A stretch of 64,000 nt of DNA from the NCBI GenBank assembly GCA_017441005.1, contig JAFSAM010000058.1, positions 8,311 to 72,310 on the forward strand. The letters run 5' to 3'. The notes below the pieces were generated by a model that saw nothing but the letters and a program-made list of their open reading frames with translations, made no database searches and was not told where the DNA came from. The position numbers and the translations under genes were made by a program. The stretch comes from Clostridia bacterium. Lineage in GTDB: Bacteria; Bacillota; Clostridia; Oscillospirales; CAG-272. Below are positions 6,510 to 15,312 of the stretch, in pieces. Position 1 is the first letter of the stretch. Each line of letters begins with the position of its first letter.

Positions 6510-7679
6510 TCAGTCGAGAGATATATTCATAACCTCTTCTGTTCTTGTGATCTTATAGTTATTGAAATCGTTGTGAGTCTCGTAAAGCTCGATCTTACAG
6601 CCTTTGAGGGCGGTAGGCTTCAGATTGTTTTTGATGGTGATATAGAATTCGTCCTCGAGTTTCATCTTACAGAATTTGACTGCCTCGGAAACATCGATCG
6701 TCAAAATATTCTTGTCGAACGTGAGCTTACTGCGGGTTCTGTATATGTGCTGATTACTGCAAAAAGCGATGTCTTTTGAAAGCATTACGCCAAAGATCTC
6801 AGCCTGCTTTTTGAACCATTTTACCCAGGGCTCGAGACATTCATGGTTTTTCTGATAGTTGAAACGTAGGAAGTTTGGCCAATGGGTACTCATTACGTCT
6901 CCGTATTCACCGTCGCCTTCATCGTAGAAGTTGAAAAGATATTCGGGGTCGAAGTCGTATGCATTCCACGGAATACCGAATTTTTTGTGCTTTTCAAGAT
7001 AGAATGTGTTGCCGATGAACTCAGAGTGGCAGATCATACCCTTCCAGCGGTTCAGCCAGTAGGTCATTCCGTATTTTTCGAGAATTTCGGCAAGCGGAAC
7101 GATATCCTCGCTTGTGAGGTTTCTCGGAACGTTTGTGGGGGAAGAGAAGGATCTGATCTTTTTCTTGAAGCCCCAGGAATTATAGATCTTGTAGTAGAGC
7201 TCGAATCTGCGGTCAATATCGTCTTTGGGCAATATGGAAAGAAGTTTGTCGCCGGGATTCTTGTAGTAGAAGTATTCGAGTTCGGTGATCTGTCCTCCGT
7301 TTTCATCATAGTTACCGTGGAGAAGTCCGTGGAAGCAGTGCTCGATGTATTCGGAGTTTTCTAAAGCCTCGAAGCATTTTTCTGCAAGGGACATATCGAT
7401 TATTTTTCTTCTGTTCCAGGTTTCGGGCTCGTATGTTGCACCGACTTCACTGCGGAGGATGTTATCCTTGTCCCATTCGCCGATGACCAAGGGGGCGACG
7501 ATCTTCTGGTCGATAGCCTTACCGATCTCGTTCAGAATGATGTAGTCCTCTGCGACGTGAGTTCTCGGCATTCCTGTTCTTGATGGCTTGCCTGCATATC
7601 TGTCATCGGAGCCTCTGAACCATCCGATGTCATCGACACACAACTGCAAAGCCGCAGGAAGAATGACTGAATTTTTCAT
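6510..7679 (-). CDS. Cytoplasmic 389-aa enzyme of unknown family, paralogue A (possible metal-dependent deacetylase-like fold)
   Basis: GAGGT RBS. No signal peptide. Roughly 55-60% identical by eye to 9276-10442. Conserved CVDDIGW (Asp-Asp) and HGLLHGNYDENG (H-x3-H) resemble the Asp/His/His metal triad of CE4 esterases. This is inference only. Confidence 0.7.
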   Translation of the reverse strand: MKNSVILPAALQLCVDDIGWFRGSDDRYAGKPSRTGMPRTHVAEDYIILNEIGKAIDQKIVAPLVIGEWDKDNILRSEVGATYEPETWNRRKIIDMSLAEKCFEALENSEYIEHCFHGLLHGNYDENGGQITELEYFYYKNPGDKLLSILPKDDIDRRFELYYKIYNSWGFKKKIRSFSSPTNVPRNLTSEDIVPLAEILEKYGMTYWLNRWKGMICHSEFIGNTFYLEKHKKFGIPWNAYDFDPEYLFNFYDEGDGEYGDVMSTHWPNFLRFNYQKNHECLEPWVKWFKKQAEIFGVMLSKDIAFCSNQHIYRTRSKLTFDKNILTIDVSEAVKFCKMKLEDEFYITIKNNLKPTALKGCKIELYETHNDFNNYKITRTEEVMNISLD

Positions 7680-7702
7680 GCGTGGTACCTCGTTTGTTTA
7701 GA

Positions 7703-9199
7703 TTATTTGGCTTGTTTCTTTTTGATCATTACAAATACTACTGCCGCAACGGCGAGTATACCGGAGGCAGAAGCGACCCAGATCCAGGAATCGTAGTTTG
7801 TATCGTCTTTTGGTGCAGTATTGTCAGCATCGGTTTCCGGAGCTGTGTTTTCATCTGATTCAGAAGAGACGTCATTTTCAGTGTCGGTCGGATCAGTGGT
7901 AACAGGATCAGTGGTAACAGGTTCTGTTACGTGCGGTTCTGTAGCGGGCGGGTCTGTGGCCGGTGGATCTGTGTCAGCAGGTTTTGTTGCGGTAGCAAGC
8001 ACGTTTGCAAGATAATCGGAGGTTTTACCCTCGGGAAGCTTAACGTCGGTTATGTCTGTTATAACACCAACCGCATAAGCGAGATTGAGGTCATCGCCCG
8101 TCCATCCCGTAAAGTCGAGTGTGCATACAGCGGGGAGGTTGTTTGTTGCTCCCATAGCAGACTGGTTGATTGACCACATATCAATGAAATTTCCGCCGTT
8201 GATGGTGATGAGGGCAGTTCCGTCTGCGTTTGTCATTCCAGTGGGACCTACAGCATTTATGTCACAGGAGTATGTACCGCTGTTTATTGTGATCTTAACG
8301 TTTCCGCTGAAGTTTGATTTGGCCTGAACGGTACCTGATATCATTCCGAGAACTGTAGTAGTACCCTCGAGAGTGAGGTTTGTGTTGGCATTTTCGCTTG
8401 TGGCTGCAGCAGTCGTACCCCACATAGCCGCAGTGATTTTGTTATATGTACCGGATTTTACGGTAAGAGTAGGATTCTCGTTTTTGCTTCCCGCGTGTCT
8501 GTGACCGGCACCAAGGCTTACGTAGTTTTGTGCAACACCTTCAAAGGCTTCATCTGAGGGGTAACATTCAACCCCTTCTCCCACAAGTGTACAATAATCA
8601 TCAAAGGTGATCGCTCTGTCTGTACCGATCGTTTCGATGTCAATGTTTTCCCATATAGAGGAACCGAGCACGGTTACCATTGCGGGAGTGCATATAGTTA
8701 GCTTTGCGCCCGCAGTCTCTCTGTAATCTACACCGTCGTAGACGGAAGTGAACTTGATTACGTTGTTTTTGAAATTTGCCGTATATGCATCTCTGACATT
8801 GCTTGCTCCGTTGTCTGCGCACTCGTTTATACCGAGATAAACGGGACCGCAGATTACAATAGTACCGCCGGTTTCTGCAAGCAGCTCTGTTGCCTGATAG
8901 AAGGCTGTCGTATAATCGTATCTCTTTCTTTCGGCGTTGGGGTCAAATTTTTCGTGATCTGTAGCTTTGAGTGGGTTGTCAGCGTCGGTGCCCGTTCCGT
9001 CACCGGAAAGCTCGCCGACGATCTGATAATTATCGTCACGGGGCGCATCCTTGATGAAAACGACCTTATCGCTTCCGGGTTTTAGCTCGTTCGGGTCAGC
9101 CCCGGGTTCGCAGTTTACTGCCGATGCGTTGAATGAAAGAAGTGAAGCAAGAAGTGTTATGGCAAATGCCAATACCAAAAGCTTTGCAAATTGTTTCAT
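7703..9199 (-). CDS. Cell-surface protein: signal peptide, beta-helix-like repeat domain, Pro/Thr-rich linker, C-terminal membrane anchor
   Basis: AGGAG RBS. Signal peptide MKQFAKLLVLAFAITLLASLLSFNASA. Recurring ..TVKSGTY.., ..ITINSGTY.., ..ITINGGNF.. strands. Linker TDPPATDPPATEPHVTEPVTTDPVTTDP. Terminal hydrophobic helix followed by KKKQAK. Confidence 0.8.
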   Translation of the reverse strand: MKQFAKLLVLAFAITLLASLLSFNASAVNCEPGADPNELKPGSDKVVFIKDAPRDDNYQIVGELSGDGTGTDADNPLKATDHEKFDPNAERKRYDYTTAFYQATELLAETGGTIVICGPVYLGINECADNGASNVRDAYTANFKNNVIKFTSVYDGVDYRETAGAKLTICTPAMVTVLGSSIWENIDIETIGTDRAITFDDYCTLVGEGVECYPSDEAFEGVAQNYVSLGAGHRHAGSKNENPTLTVKSGTYNKITAAMWGTTAAATSENANTNLTLEGTTTVLGMISGTVQAKSNFSGNVKITINSGTYSCDINAVGPTGMTNADGTALITINGGNFIDMWSINQSAMGATNNLPAVCTLDFTGWTGDDLNLAYAVGVITDITDVKLPEGKTSDYLANVLATATKPADTDPPATDPPATEPHVTEPVTTDPVTTDPTDTENDVSSESDENTAPETDADNTAPKDDTNYDSWIWVASASGILAVAAVVFVMIKKKQAK

Positions 9200-9275
9200 A
9201 GTATTCTCCTTTAATTATAAGCCAATAATGGCTTGAAGTCAAACGATGTAGTAAAATGATTGCACGAATTTTATA

Positions 9276-10442
9276 TTATTTTGTGGTTATTTCGACAATG
9301 TCTGATGTGTGAGTGATCTTATAGGTTTTGAATTCGTTGTGTGTTTCGTAAGGCTCGATCATACCTCCCATCACGGAAACGGGGTTGATGCCGTTTTTTA
9401 TGCTGACATAAAATTGTCCGTTCAAGCAGTCTGTAGGTTTGTTTAATGCGTCTGTAAGATCTATCGTTATCTTATTATCACTGAAAGAAAGCTTTGAAAA
9501 ACGGCGATATACGTGCTGGATCGAGGAGAATTCAATGTCTTTTGAGAGCATAAGACCGAATATCTCAGCTTGTTTTTTGAAATATTTTACCCATCCGCCG
9601 AGTACCTTGTAGTTGTTCTGAGGCTGATAACGGAGGAAGTTCGGCCAATGCATTCCAAGAACGTCACCGATAACCTCGTCGCCCTCTTTTGCAAAGTCCT
9701 TCATGTAGTCTGGGTCGAAGTCGAATGCATCCCACGGCACGCCGAAGTTTACGTTCTTTTCCATATATACTATTCCGTCATAGAAAACTGTGTCGCATAC
9801 TGTCTTTTTCCAGCGGCTTGTCCAGTATTTGACACCGTGCTTCCTTAAGGCTTTTGCCAGCGGTAAAAGATCTTCATTCGTAAGGTGCTTTGGAATTCCG
9901 TTTGGCGCACAGAAAGAACGTATTTGTTTTGTAAATCCCCAGGAATTGTAGAGCTGCTTGAATATATCAAGTCTGTAGAGTATTTCATCCTCGCTTTGCG
10001 TAGTGAGAAGCTTGCTGCCGTTCTTGTATTCAAAGTACTCCATCTCGGTGATCTGTCTTCCGTTTTCGTCATAGTTACCGTGGAGGTTACCGTGGATCGC
10101 TAATTCTATGTAATCGCTTTTTTCTATGTTTTCAAAGCATTTTTGCGCCGACGGCATATCAATTACGGATGCACAGTCCCATGTGTCCGGCTCATAAGTG
10201 AAACCGGGTTTTCCTCTGAGTATATTATCTTTATCCCATTCCGCAAGACAGATCGGGCACATGATTTTTTGGTCGATCGCTTTTCCGAGATCATTCAGTA
10301 TCTCATAGTCAAGCGGATGGTGCTTTCTTGGAATACCCGTTCGTGACGGTCTTCCGTTAAGTCTGTCGTCTCTGCCGAAGAACCAGCCGATATCGTCTAC
10401 ACAAAGCTGTAAGGCAGAGGGAAGTATTACTGAATTTTTCAT
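9276..10442 (-). CDS. Cytoplasmic 388-aa enzyme of unknown family, paralogue B
   Basis: GAGGT RBS. N-terminus MKNSVILPSALQLCVDDIGWF is nearly identical to paralogue A. HGNLHGNYDENG is conserved. Confidence 0.7.
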   Translation of the reverse strand: MKNSVILPSALQLCVDDIGWFFGRDDRLNGRPSRTGIPRKHHPLDYEILNDLGKAIDQKIMCPICLAEWDKDNILRGKPGFTYEPDTWDCASVIDMPSAQKCFENIEKSDYIELAIHGNLHGNYDENGRQITEMEYFEYKNGSKLLTTQSEDEILYRLDIFKQLYNSWGFTKQIRSFCAPNGIPKHLTNEDLLPLAKALRKHGVKYWTSRWKKTVCDTVFYDGIVYMEKNVNFGVPWDAFDFDPDYMKDFAKEGDEVIGDVLGMHWPNFLRYQPQNNYKVLGGWVKYFKKQAEIFGLMLSKDIEFSSIQHVYRRFSKLSFSDNKITIDLTDALNKPTDCLNGQFYVSIKNGINPVSVMGGMIEPYETHNEFKTYKITHTSDIVEITTK

Positions 10443-10598
10443 ATTTTACCTCATTTCTCGAAGTTGCTCGGATACTGTGTCATTAGCTTAATTTTAAAAT
10501 ATGTTGAGTTAAATGTCAACAATTAAATATAATACACAACCATAACATTAAAGTTATAGTGCGTGCATTTCATTTAGAAGATCGAATAGCTTTTTTTG

Positions 10599-10627
10599 TT
10601 GACAAAATATGCTGTTTTCGATATAAT
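10599..10627 (+). promoter_or_regulatory. Sigma-A-type promoter
   Basis: TTGACA (10599-10604), 17 nt, TATAAT (10622-10627). Confidence 0.55.
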
Positions 10628-10706
10628 GGTTTTAACGAAAAATGTTCGTAAATCGTTTTTGGGAGACCACAGAAAATATCTATTATTGTTTCTTGGAGGT
10701 TTTTTT

Positions 10707-11870
10707 ATGAAATTTCTAAAAGTAATCCTCTGCACACTTCTTGTGTTCGTTTTTTTATGCTCCTGCATATCCGTAACTGCGTTGACCGATGTTTCGGAGC
10801 TTGGTAAAAAGGACACTTTGAAGATACTCGCGATCGGCAATAGTTTCAGTGAAGATGCAACGGAGTTTATTCCCGTGATCGCCAAGGATCTCGGAATCAA
10901 AAATATAGTTGTGGGCAATATGTATATTGGCGGCTGTACGATACAGAAGCACGCCGAAAATGCAAGAAACAATAAGGCGGAATATAAATATTATAAGAAT
11001 ACGTCATATTCGCTTATGAGTGTATGTCCGACAACCCAAAACGTCAGCCTTGAAACTGCGCTTAAGGATGAGGAATGGGACGTTGTTACACTTCAGGATT
11101 CAAGTGTAAAAAGCGGTATTTTGGGCAAGACTTACAGTGATCTTGATTATATGATCAATTACGTCAAGACTATGTGTCCAAACGCAAAGCTCGGATGGCA
11201 CATGACCTGGGCTTATGAGACGGGATATACCGGCTCGGCTTTTAAGAACAATTACAAAAACGATGAAATGTATATGTATAACTGCATTGTTGATTGTGTA
11301 AAAGAATACATTGTACCCGATGAGAGGATTGATTTTATTATTCCCTCGGGCACGGCTATTCAGAATGCAAGAACAAGCTTTTTGGGCGATAAGCTCACGC
11401 GAGACGGACTTCATCTTACACTGGACTACGGAAGATATATCGTCGCTGCTACCTGGATGCAGGGAATGGGATTCTCGCTCGATTCGCTGAAGACTATGCC
11501 TACAAGAGTGAGGTCAAGAGTATTGCCTTTTATCAGAGAGTGTGTTGACAACGCTTATGCAAACCCCTTCACTGTGACGCAGTCGGTCCACTGGTATGAA
11601 CCCGGCACGACGCCTCCGGCAACAGAGCCGCCAGTTACAGAGGCTGATACAGAACAAATTTCAACCGAACCTATCAATACTGTTCAACAGACAGAAAATA
11701 TGACACAGCCTGAAGGCTCGACAACCTCTCCCGAGGATAACGGTGCCGAGCCCGAGCAAGAAGATAATGATAACGGCAGCGGAAGCGCTGTAATTGTTAT
11801 ATTAATTGCGGCAACTGTAATCGTCATATTGTCTGTGACGGCATTTGTGATTAAGAAAAAGAAGAAATAA
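10707..11870 (+). CDS. Surface-anchored SGNH/GDSL-type hydrolase (esterase-like)
   Basis: ATG 10707 is 7 nt after GGAGG; the track TTG 10596 lies in the promoter. Signal peptide MKFLKVILCTLLVFVFLCSC. Block I LAIGNSFSED and block V RDGLHLT (D-x-x-H). Pro/Thr/Glu linker, C-terminal TM helix plus KKKKK. From memory it resembles the family called DUF4886 (unverified). Confidence 0.75.
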   Translation: MKFLKVILCTLLVFVFLCSCISVTALTDVSELGKKDTLKILAIGNSFSEDATEFIPVIAKDLGIKNIVVGNMYIGGCTIQKHAENARNNKAEYKYYKNTSYSLMSVCPTTQNVSLETALKDEEWDVVTLQDSSVKSGILGKTYSDLDYMINYVKTMCPNAKLGWHMTWAYETGYTGSAFKNNYKNDEMYMYNCIVDCVKEYIVPDERIDFIIPSGTAIQNARTSFLGDKLTRDGLHLTLDYGRYIVAATWMQGMGFSLDSLKTMPTRVRSRVLPFIRECVDNAYANPFTVTQSVHWYEPGTTPPATEPPVTEADTEQISTEPINTVQQTENMTQPEGSTTSPEDNGAEPEQEDNDNGSGSAVIVILIAATVIVILSVTAFVIKKKKK

Positions 11871-11871
11871 A

Positions 11872-12396
11872 ATGCACTTTAAAAACTCTAATGACAGAAA
11901 TTCGCTTATTAACATCAACCAAATAAAGCTGTCTGACAGCAATGCATTGAAAAATGCTCTCGTCGAGCTGAACGGTACTACTGCCGAGTACGGACTGTTT
12001 TTGACCGTAAAACAGATAAACAGACTTTCCGATGCAGTGGGAAAGGCTTTGCGTGAAAGCGACAGGATCGAGATAGGATCGGGAATTTTACCCGTAATTG
12101 CAGAAGAATTTTGCACCTCGGTTTTTGTGACCCGTGAGAACTACGCACAGCTTTTGGAGGATCTGATCTATATTTTCTTTCAGGTCAAGACCGCCGTCTG
12201 CGACAGAGTGAGCGATAAGGACCTTGTCAGACTTTTAAAGGATTACTACGAGAATAAGGCGATGGGCTCTGCCGAGGTGATCGGCGAAAGAGATATCGAT
12301 CTTCTTGTAAAGTATATTGAAATGGAAAAGGGAATTTTGGGTGACTCGTTGGCAGATGCCTATGATTCCGAAAGCTATACCGATGAAAGAACTTAA
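11872..12396 (+). CDS. Hypothetical protein (174 aa)
   Basis: ATG 2 nt after the stop of 10707-11870. Soluble and acidic. No motif I can name. Confidence 0.65.
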   Translation: MHFKNSNDRNSLININQIKLSDSNALKNALVELNGTTAEYGLFLTVKQINRLSDAVGKALRESDRIEIGSGILPVIAEEFCTSVFVTRENYAQLLEDLIYIFFQVKTAVCDRVSDKDLVRLLKDYYENKAMGSAEVIGERDIDLLVKYIEMEKGILGDSLADAYDSESYTDERT

Positions 12397-13342
12397 AAAT
12401 TATTACGGCAATTCACTTAATTATGATTATATAAATTTTTCCGACTATTTCCGCTCTCTTTCGGCAGAGGGAAGAAGACAGACCTTTGTTACCGACAAAA
12501 AGTTTGTGGGTATAAAGGATGAAATAGGCGGAATACTGTCCGATCTTATTGCGGAATACACGGGATATGAAAGCACGTCTGTTATGAAGGACACTGCAAA
12601 CGATATATTTGTGTCGCTTCTGTATTGTCTGGATATGGCGCTTTTTACCTTTGCGTCGCATGAGGATGCACTTGAATATATAATCGAAAACAATGTAGAT
12701 GAGGTATATAAAAAGGGACAAAAGGTTATAAAACAGTGTGTTTTTGAGTGTATAAGCCTGCTTGTAAAGGCAAAAAACACAAGGATCAATTATCCCGACA
12801 GAAAATATAATTCGATTTTCGAGGGTGAGATACTTAGCTACTTAAAGAAATATGAGTCAAAATACTTTGCTCACGGAACAAAGCGCGTCTTTTCTTATAA
12901 TTCCGTAAACGGATGCGGCGGCTACAGAGGGATATTGCATTTAAAGCGATATCTCGAAAATCTGATTATCGAAAACAGCTTTGTTAATGTTTTTGATGAG
13001 AATACAATACAAAATTTGTGTTACGGTTATTGCGAAAATAATGACCGTGAATATAATGATATTGGAGCAAATATTTATTCGATCGTTCTTATGAACAGAG
13101 TGTTTGCTGAAATGGCAGGGAACAGCGGCCTTGAGGTTTTAAAGACCGATGCTTTGAAGTTATCGAAGCTTTTGAAAAAGGTCCCCGAGCCCGAACAGCG
13201 CCGTTTGATAATCTCGTGCGCAGAAAACGTATCTAATGACCCGTACGTCAATAAAAGTGTGATAAGACTGGCGGGACACGCGGTAAATGCTTTAAACGGT
13301 GATAACCTGGGCAATATCATTTATATAGGAGAAATAAAATGA
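12383..13342 (+). CDS. Hypothetical protein (~320 aa)
   Basis: Long clean ORF overlapping the previous stop. Start uncertain: ATG 12383, with alternatives at 12356, 12362 and 12317. Its stop overlaps the cdd start (ATGA). Confidence 0.65.
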   Translation: MKELKNYYGNSLNYDYINFSDYFRSLSAEGRRQTFVTDKKFVGIKDEIGGILSDLIAEYTGYESTSVMKDTANDIFVSLLYCLDMALFTFASHEDALEYIIENNVDEVYKKGQKVIKQCVFECISLLVKAKNTRINYPDRKYNSIFEGEILSYLKKYESKYFAHGTKRVFSYNSVNGCGGYRGILHLKRYLENLIIENSFVNVFDENTIQNLCYGYCENNDREYNDIGANIYSIVLMNRVFAEMAGNSGLEVLKTDALKLSKLLKKVPEPEQRRLIISCAENVSNDPYVNKSVIRLAGHAVNALNGDNLGNIIYIGEIK

Positions 13343-13722
13343 TTAAATATCCGATCAAAGAGGCTTTCGAGGCAAGAAATAATGCATATGCTCCTTATTC
13401 GAATTTTAAAGTTGGGGCGGCGTTGCTTTGCAAGGACGGAAGTGTATACCGCGGATGCAATATAGAAAATGCCTCGTATCCGATAACCCTGTGTGCGGAG
13501 CGGGCAGCATTGGCTTCTGCCGTTTCCGACGGAAGACGAGACTTTCGTGCAATAGTAATTGTCGGCGGAGATGACTACTGTCCCCCTTGCGGTATGTGCA
13601 GGCAGGCACTTTCCGAGTTCGCTGACAGCGATTTTGAGATCGTACTTGCTAAAAGCGAAAGCGAGGTAAAAGTTTATAAGATGTCAGAGTTGTTGCCTGA
13701 GAGCTTTAATCTTGATAAATAA
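13339..13722 (+). CDS. cdd: Cytidine deaminase (small homotetrameric type)
   Basis: Zinc-ligand motifs CAERAAL and PCGMCRQ. 127 aa. Confidence 0.93.
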   Translation: MIKYPIKEAFEARNNAYAPYSNFKVGAALLCKDGSVYRGCNIENASYPITLCAERAALASAVSDGRRDFRAIVIVGGDDYCPPCGMCRQALSEFADSDFEIVLAKSESEVKVYKMSELLPESFNLDK

Positions 13723-13751
13723 AATTTTGCTAAAAAAATAAAGAAATATGC

Positions 13752-13780
13752 TTGACATGCTTAATAAAATATGGTATTAT
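13752..13780 (+). promoter_or_regulatory. Sigma-A-type promoter of the asd leader
   Basis: TTGACA (13752-13757), 17 nt, TATTAT (13775-13780). Confidence 0.65.
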
Positions 13781-13787
13781 TAGTTAA

Positions 13788-13980
13788 ATTTACGGGACAC
13801 GTTTTGTATCAAATGCCGTAACAGAGAGCGGTCTGTCAGCTGAAATGACCGTACGGACTAAATACAAAGTACCACCCGCGAGTCATTTTTTATAAACACA
13901 CGAGTGAAACATTTGGGTGGAACCGTGCGGATAATGATGTATCCTCACCCCGAAGCGATATTTCGTCTTCGGGTTTTTTT
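13788..13980 (+). promoter_or_regulatory. T-box riboswitch leader (tRNA-sensing transcription attenuator) upstream of asd
   Basis: AG bulge AGAGAG (13823-13828) between stems CCGTA/TACGG and CGGTC/GACCG. Distal loop ..GCTGAAA.. (13839-13845). T-box sequence TTTGGGTGGAACCGTGCGG (13912-13930). GGGTG (13915-13919) can pair with CACCC (13946-13950) to compete with the terminator CCCGAAG..CTTCGGG plus T7 (13949-13980). Confidence 0.85.
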
Positions 13981-14020
13981 AATTTACAAAAAATTACATT
14001 GAAGAAATGGAGTGTATATT

Positions 14021-15109
14021 ATGGAAAGAAAATTAAAAGTCGGAGTGGTTGGCGGAACCGGTATGGTAGGTCAGCGTTTTTTGACACTCCTTGACAACCA
14101 TCCTTATTTTGAAGTTGTTGCAATAGCCGCAAGCTCGCGCTCTGCAGGCAAGACCTACGAAGAGGCGGTAGGAAACCGTTGGAAGCTCAAAACTCCCATG
14201 CCTGAGGCTGTTAAAAAGATCGTTGTAACAGATGCATCCGATATAAAGGCAAGCACTGAAAAGGTTGATTTCGTTTTCTGCGCAGTTGATATGAAGAAGG
14301 ATGAGATCAGAGCATTGGAGGAGGCTTATGCAAAAGCTGAGATCCCTGTTGTATCCAATAACTCCGCTCACCGTTGGACTCCCGATGTACCCATGGTAGT
14401 ACCCGAAATTAACGATGCACACCTTGAGGTTATTGAGGCACAGAAGAAGAGACTCGGTACAAAGAAGGGCTTTATTGCAGTTAAACCCAATTGCTCGATC
14501 CAGAGCTACGTTCCCATGCTTTCCGCGTTGCTTAAATATGAGCCTACCGAGGTCGTTGTTACCACTTATCAGGCAATTTCCGGTGCAGGTAAGACCTTCA
14601 ACGAATGGCCTGAAATGATCGACAATGTCATTCCTTATATAGGCGGCGAGGAAGAGAAGAGCGAGCAGGAACCTTTGCGTATCTGGGGTAAGGTTGAAAA
14701 CGGCGAGATCGTTAAGGCTGAAGGTCCTCATATCACGACACAGTGCATCCGTGTTCCCGTAACTGACGGTCACTTGGCAGCAGTGTTTGTAAACTTCAAG
14801 AACAAGCCTACAAAGGATGATATCCTCAAGGCTTGGAAAGAGTATAAGGGCGCGCCTCAGGAGCTCGACCTCCCCTCTGCTCCCAAGCAGTTTATCACGT
14901 ACTTTGAGGAGGATAACCGTCCCCAGACAGGTATTGACAGAGATATCGAAAAGGGTATGGGAATTACTGCGGGCAGACTCCGCGAAGACCATCTTTATGA
15001 CTACAAGTTCATCGGTCTTTCTCATAATACCCTCAGAGGTGCCGCAGGCGGTGCTGTACTTATTGCAGAGCTCCTCGCGAAGAAGGGCTATCTCACAGCT
15101 AAAGACTAA
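14021..15109 (+). CDS. asd: Aspartate-semialdehyde dehydrogenase
   Basis: N-terminal Rossmann motif VGVVGGTGMVGQRF. Active-site region KPNCSIQ. C-terminal GLSHNTLRGAAGGAVL. ATG 14021 is 8 nt after GGAG. Confidence 0.92.
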   Translation: MERKLKVGVVGGTGMVGQRFLTLLDNHPYFEVVAIAASSRSAGKTYEEAVGNRWKLKTPMPEAVKKIVVTDASDIKASTEKVDFVFCAVDMKKDEIRALEEAYAKAEIPVVSNNSAHRWTPDVPMVVPEINDAHLEVIEAQKKRLGTKKGFIAVKPNCSIQSYVPMLSALLKYEPTEVVVTTYQAISGAGKTFNEWPEMIDNVIPYIGGEEEKSEQEPLRIWGKVENGEIVKAEGPHITTQCIRVPVTDGHLAAVFVNFKNKPTKDDILKAWKEYKGAPQELDLPSAPKQFITYFEEDNRPQTGIDRDIEKGMGITAGRLREDHLYDYKFIGLSHNTLRGAAGGAVLIAELLAKKGYLTAKD

Positions 15110-15312
15110 TAAATGTACTTTAAGAGGCTTTCGAGTTTTTCGGAAGCTTCTTTTTTTGTTATTTTTTTAAAAAAATTACATAATTCTTTCGGAAAACTAT
15201 TTATTTTTTTCTAAGAATGTGATATAATACTAATAGTAACAGAAATGCTTATTGTTCTTTTAAAAAAACATTGCTTTATGCAATATAAATATACAAAAAA
15301 GGTGGTATGGAA

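Noticed and set aside
7821-8327. Plus-strand ORFs (64-80 aa) rich in Gly/Ser/Val opposite the surface-protein linker
   Set aside because: These are antisense translations of the Pro/Thr-linker repeats of 7703-9199. They have no RBS.
14033-15025. 330-aa ORF antisense to asd
   Set aside because: It lies entirely inside a gene with unmistakable Asd motifs on the other strand. It has no RBS, and its Leu/Arg/Cys-rich composition is typical of antisense shadows.
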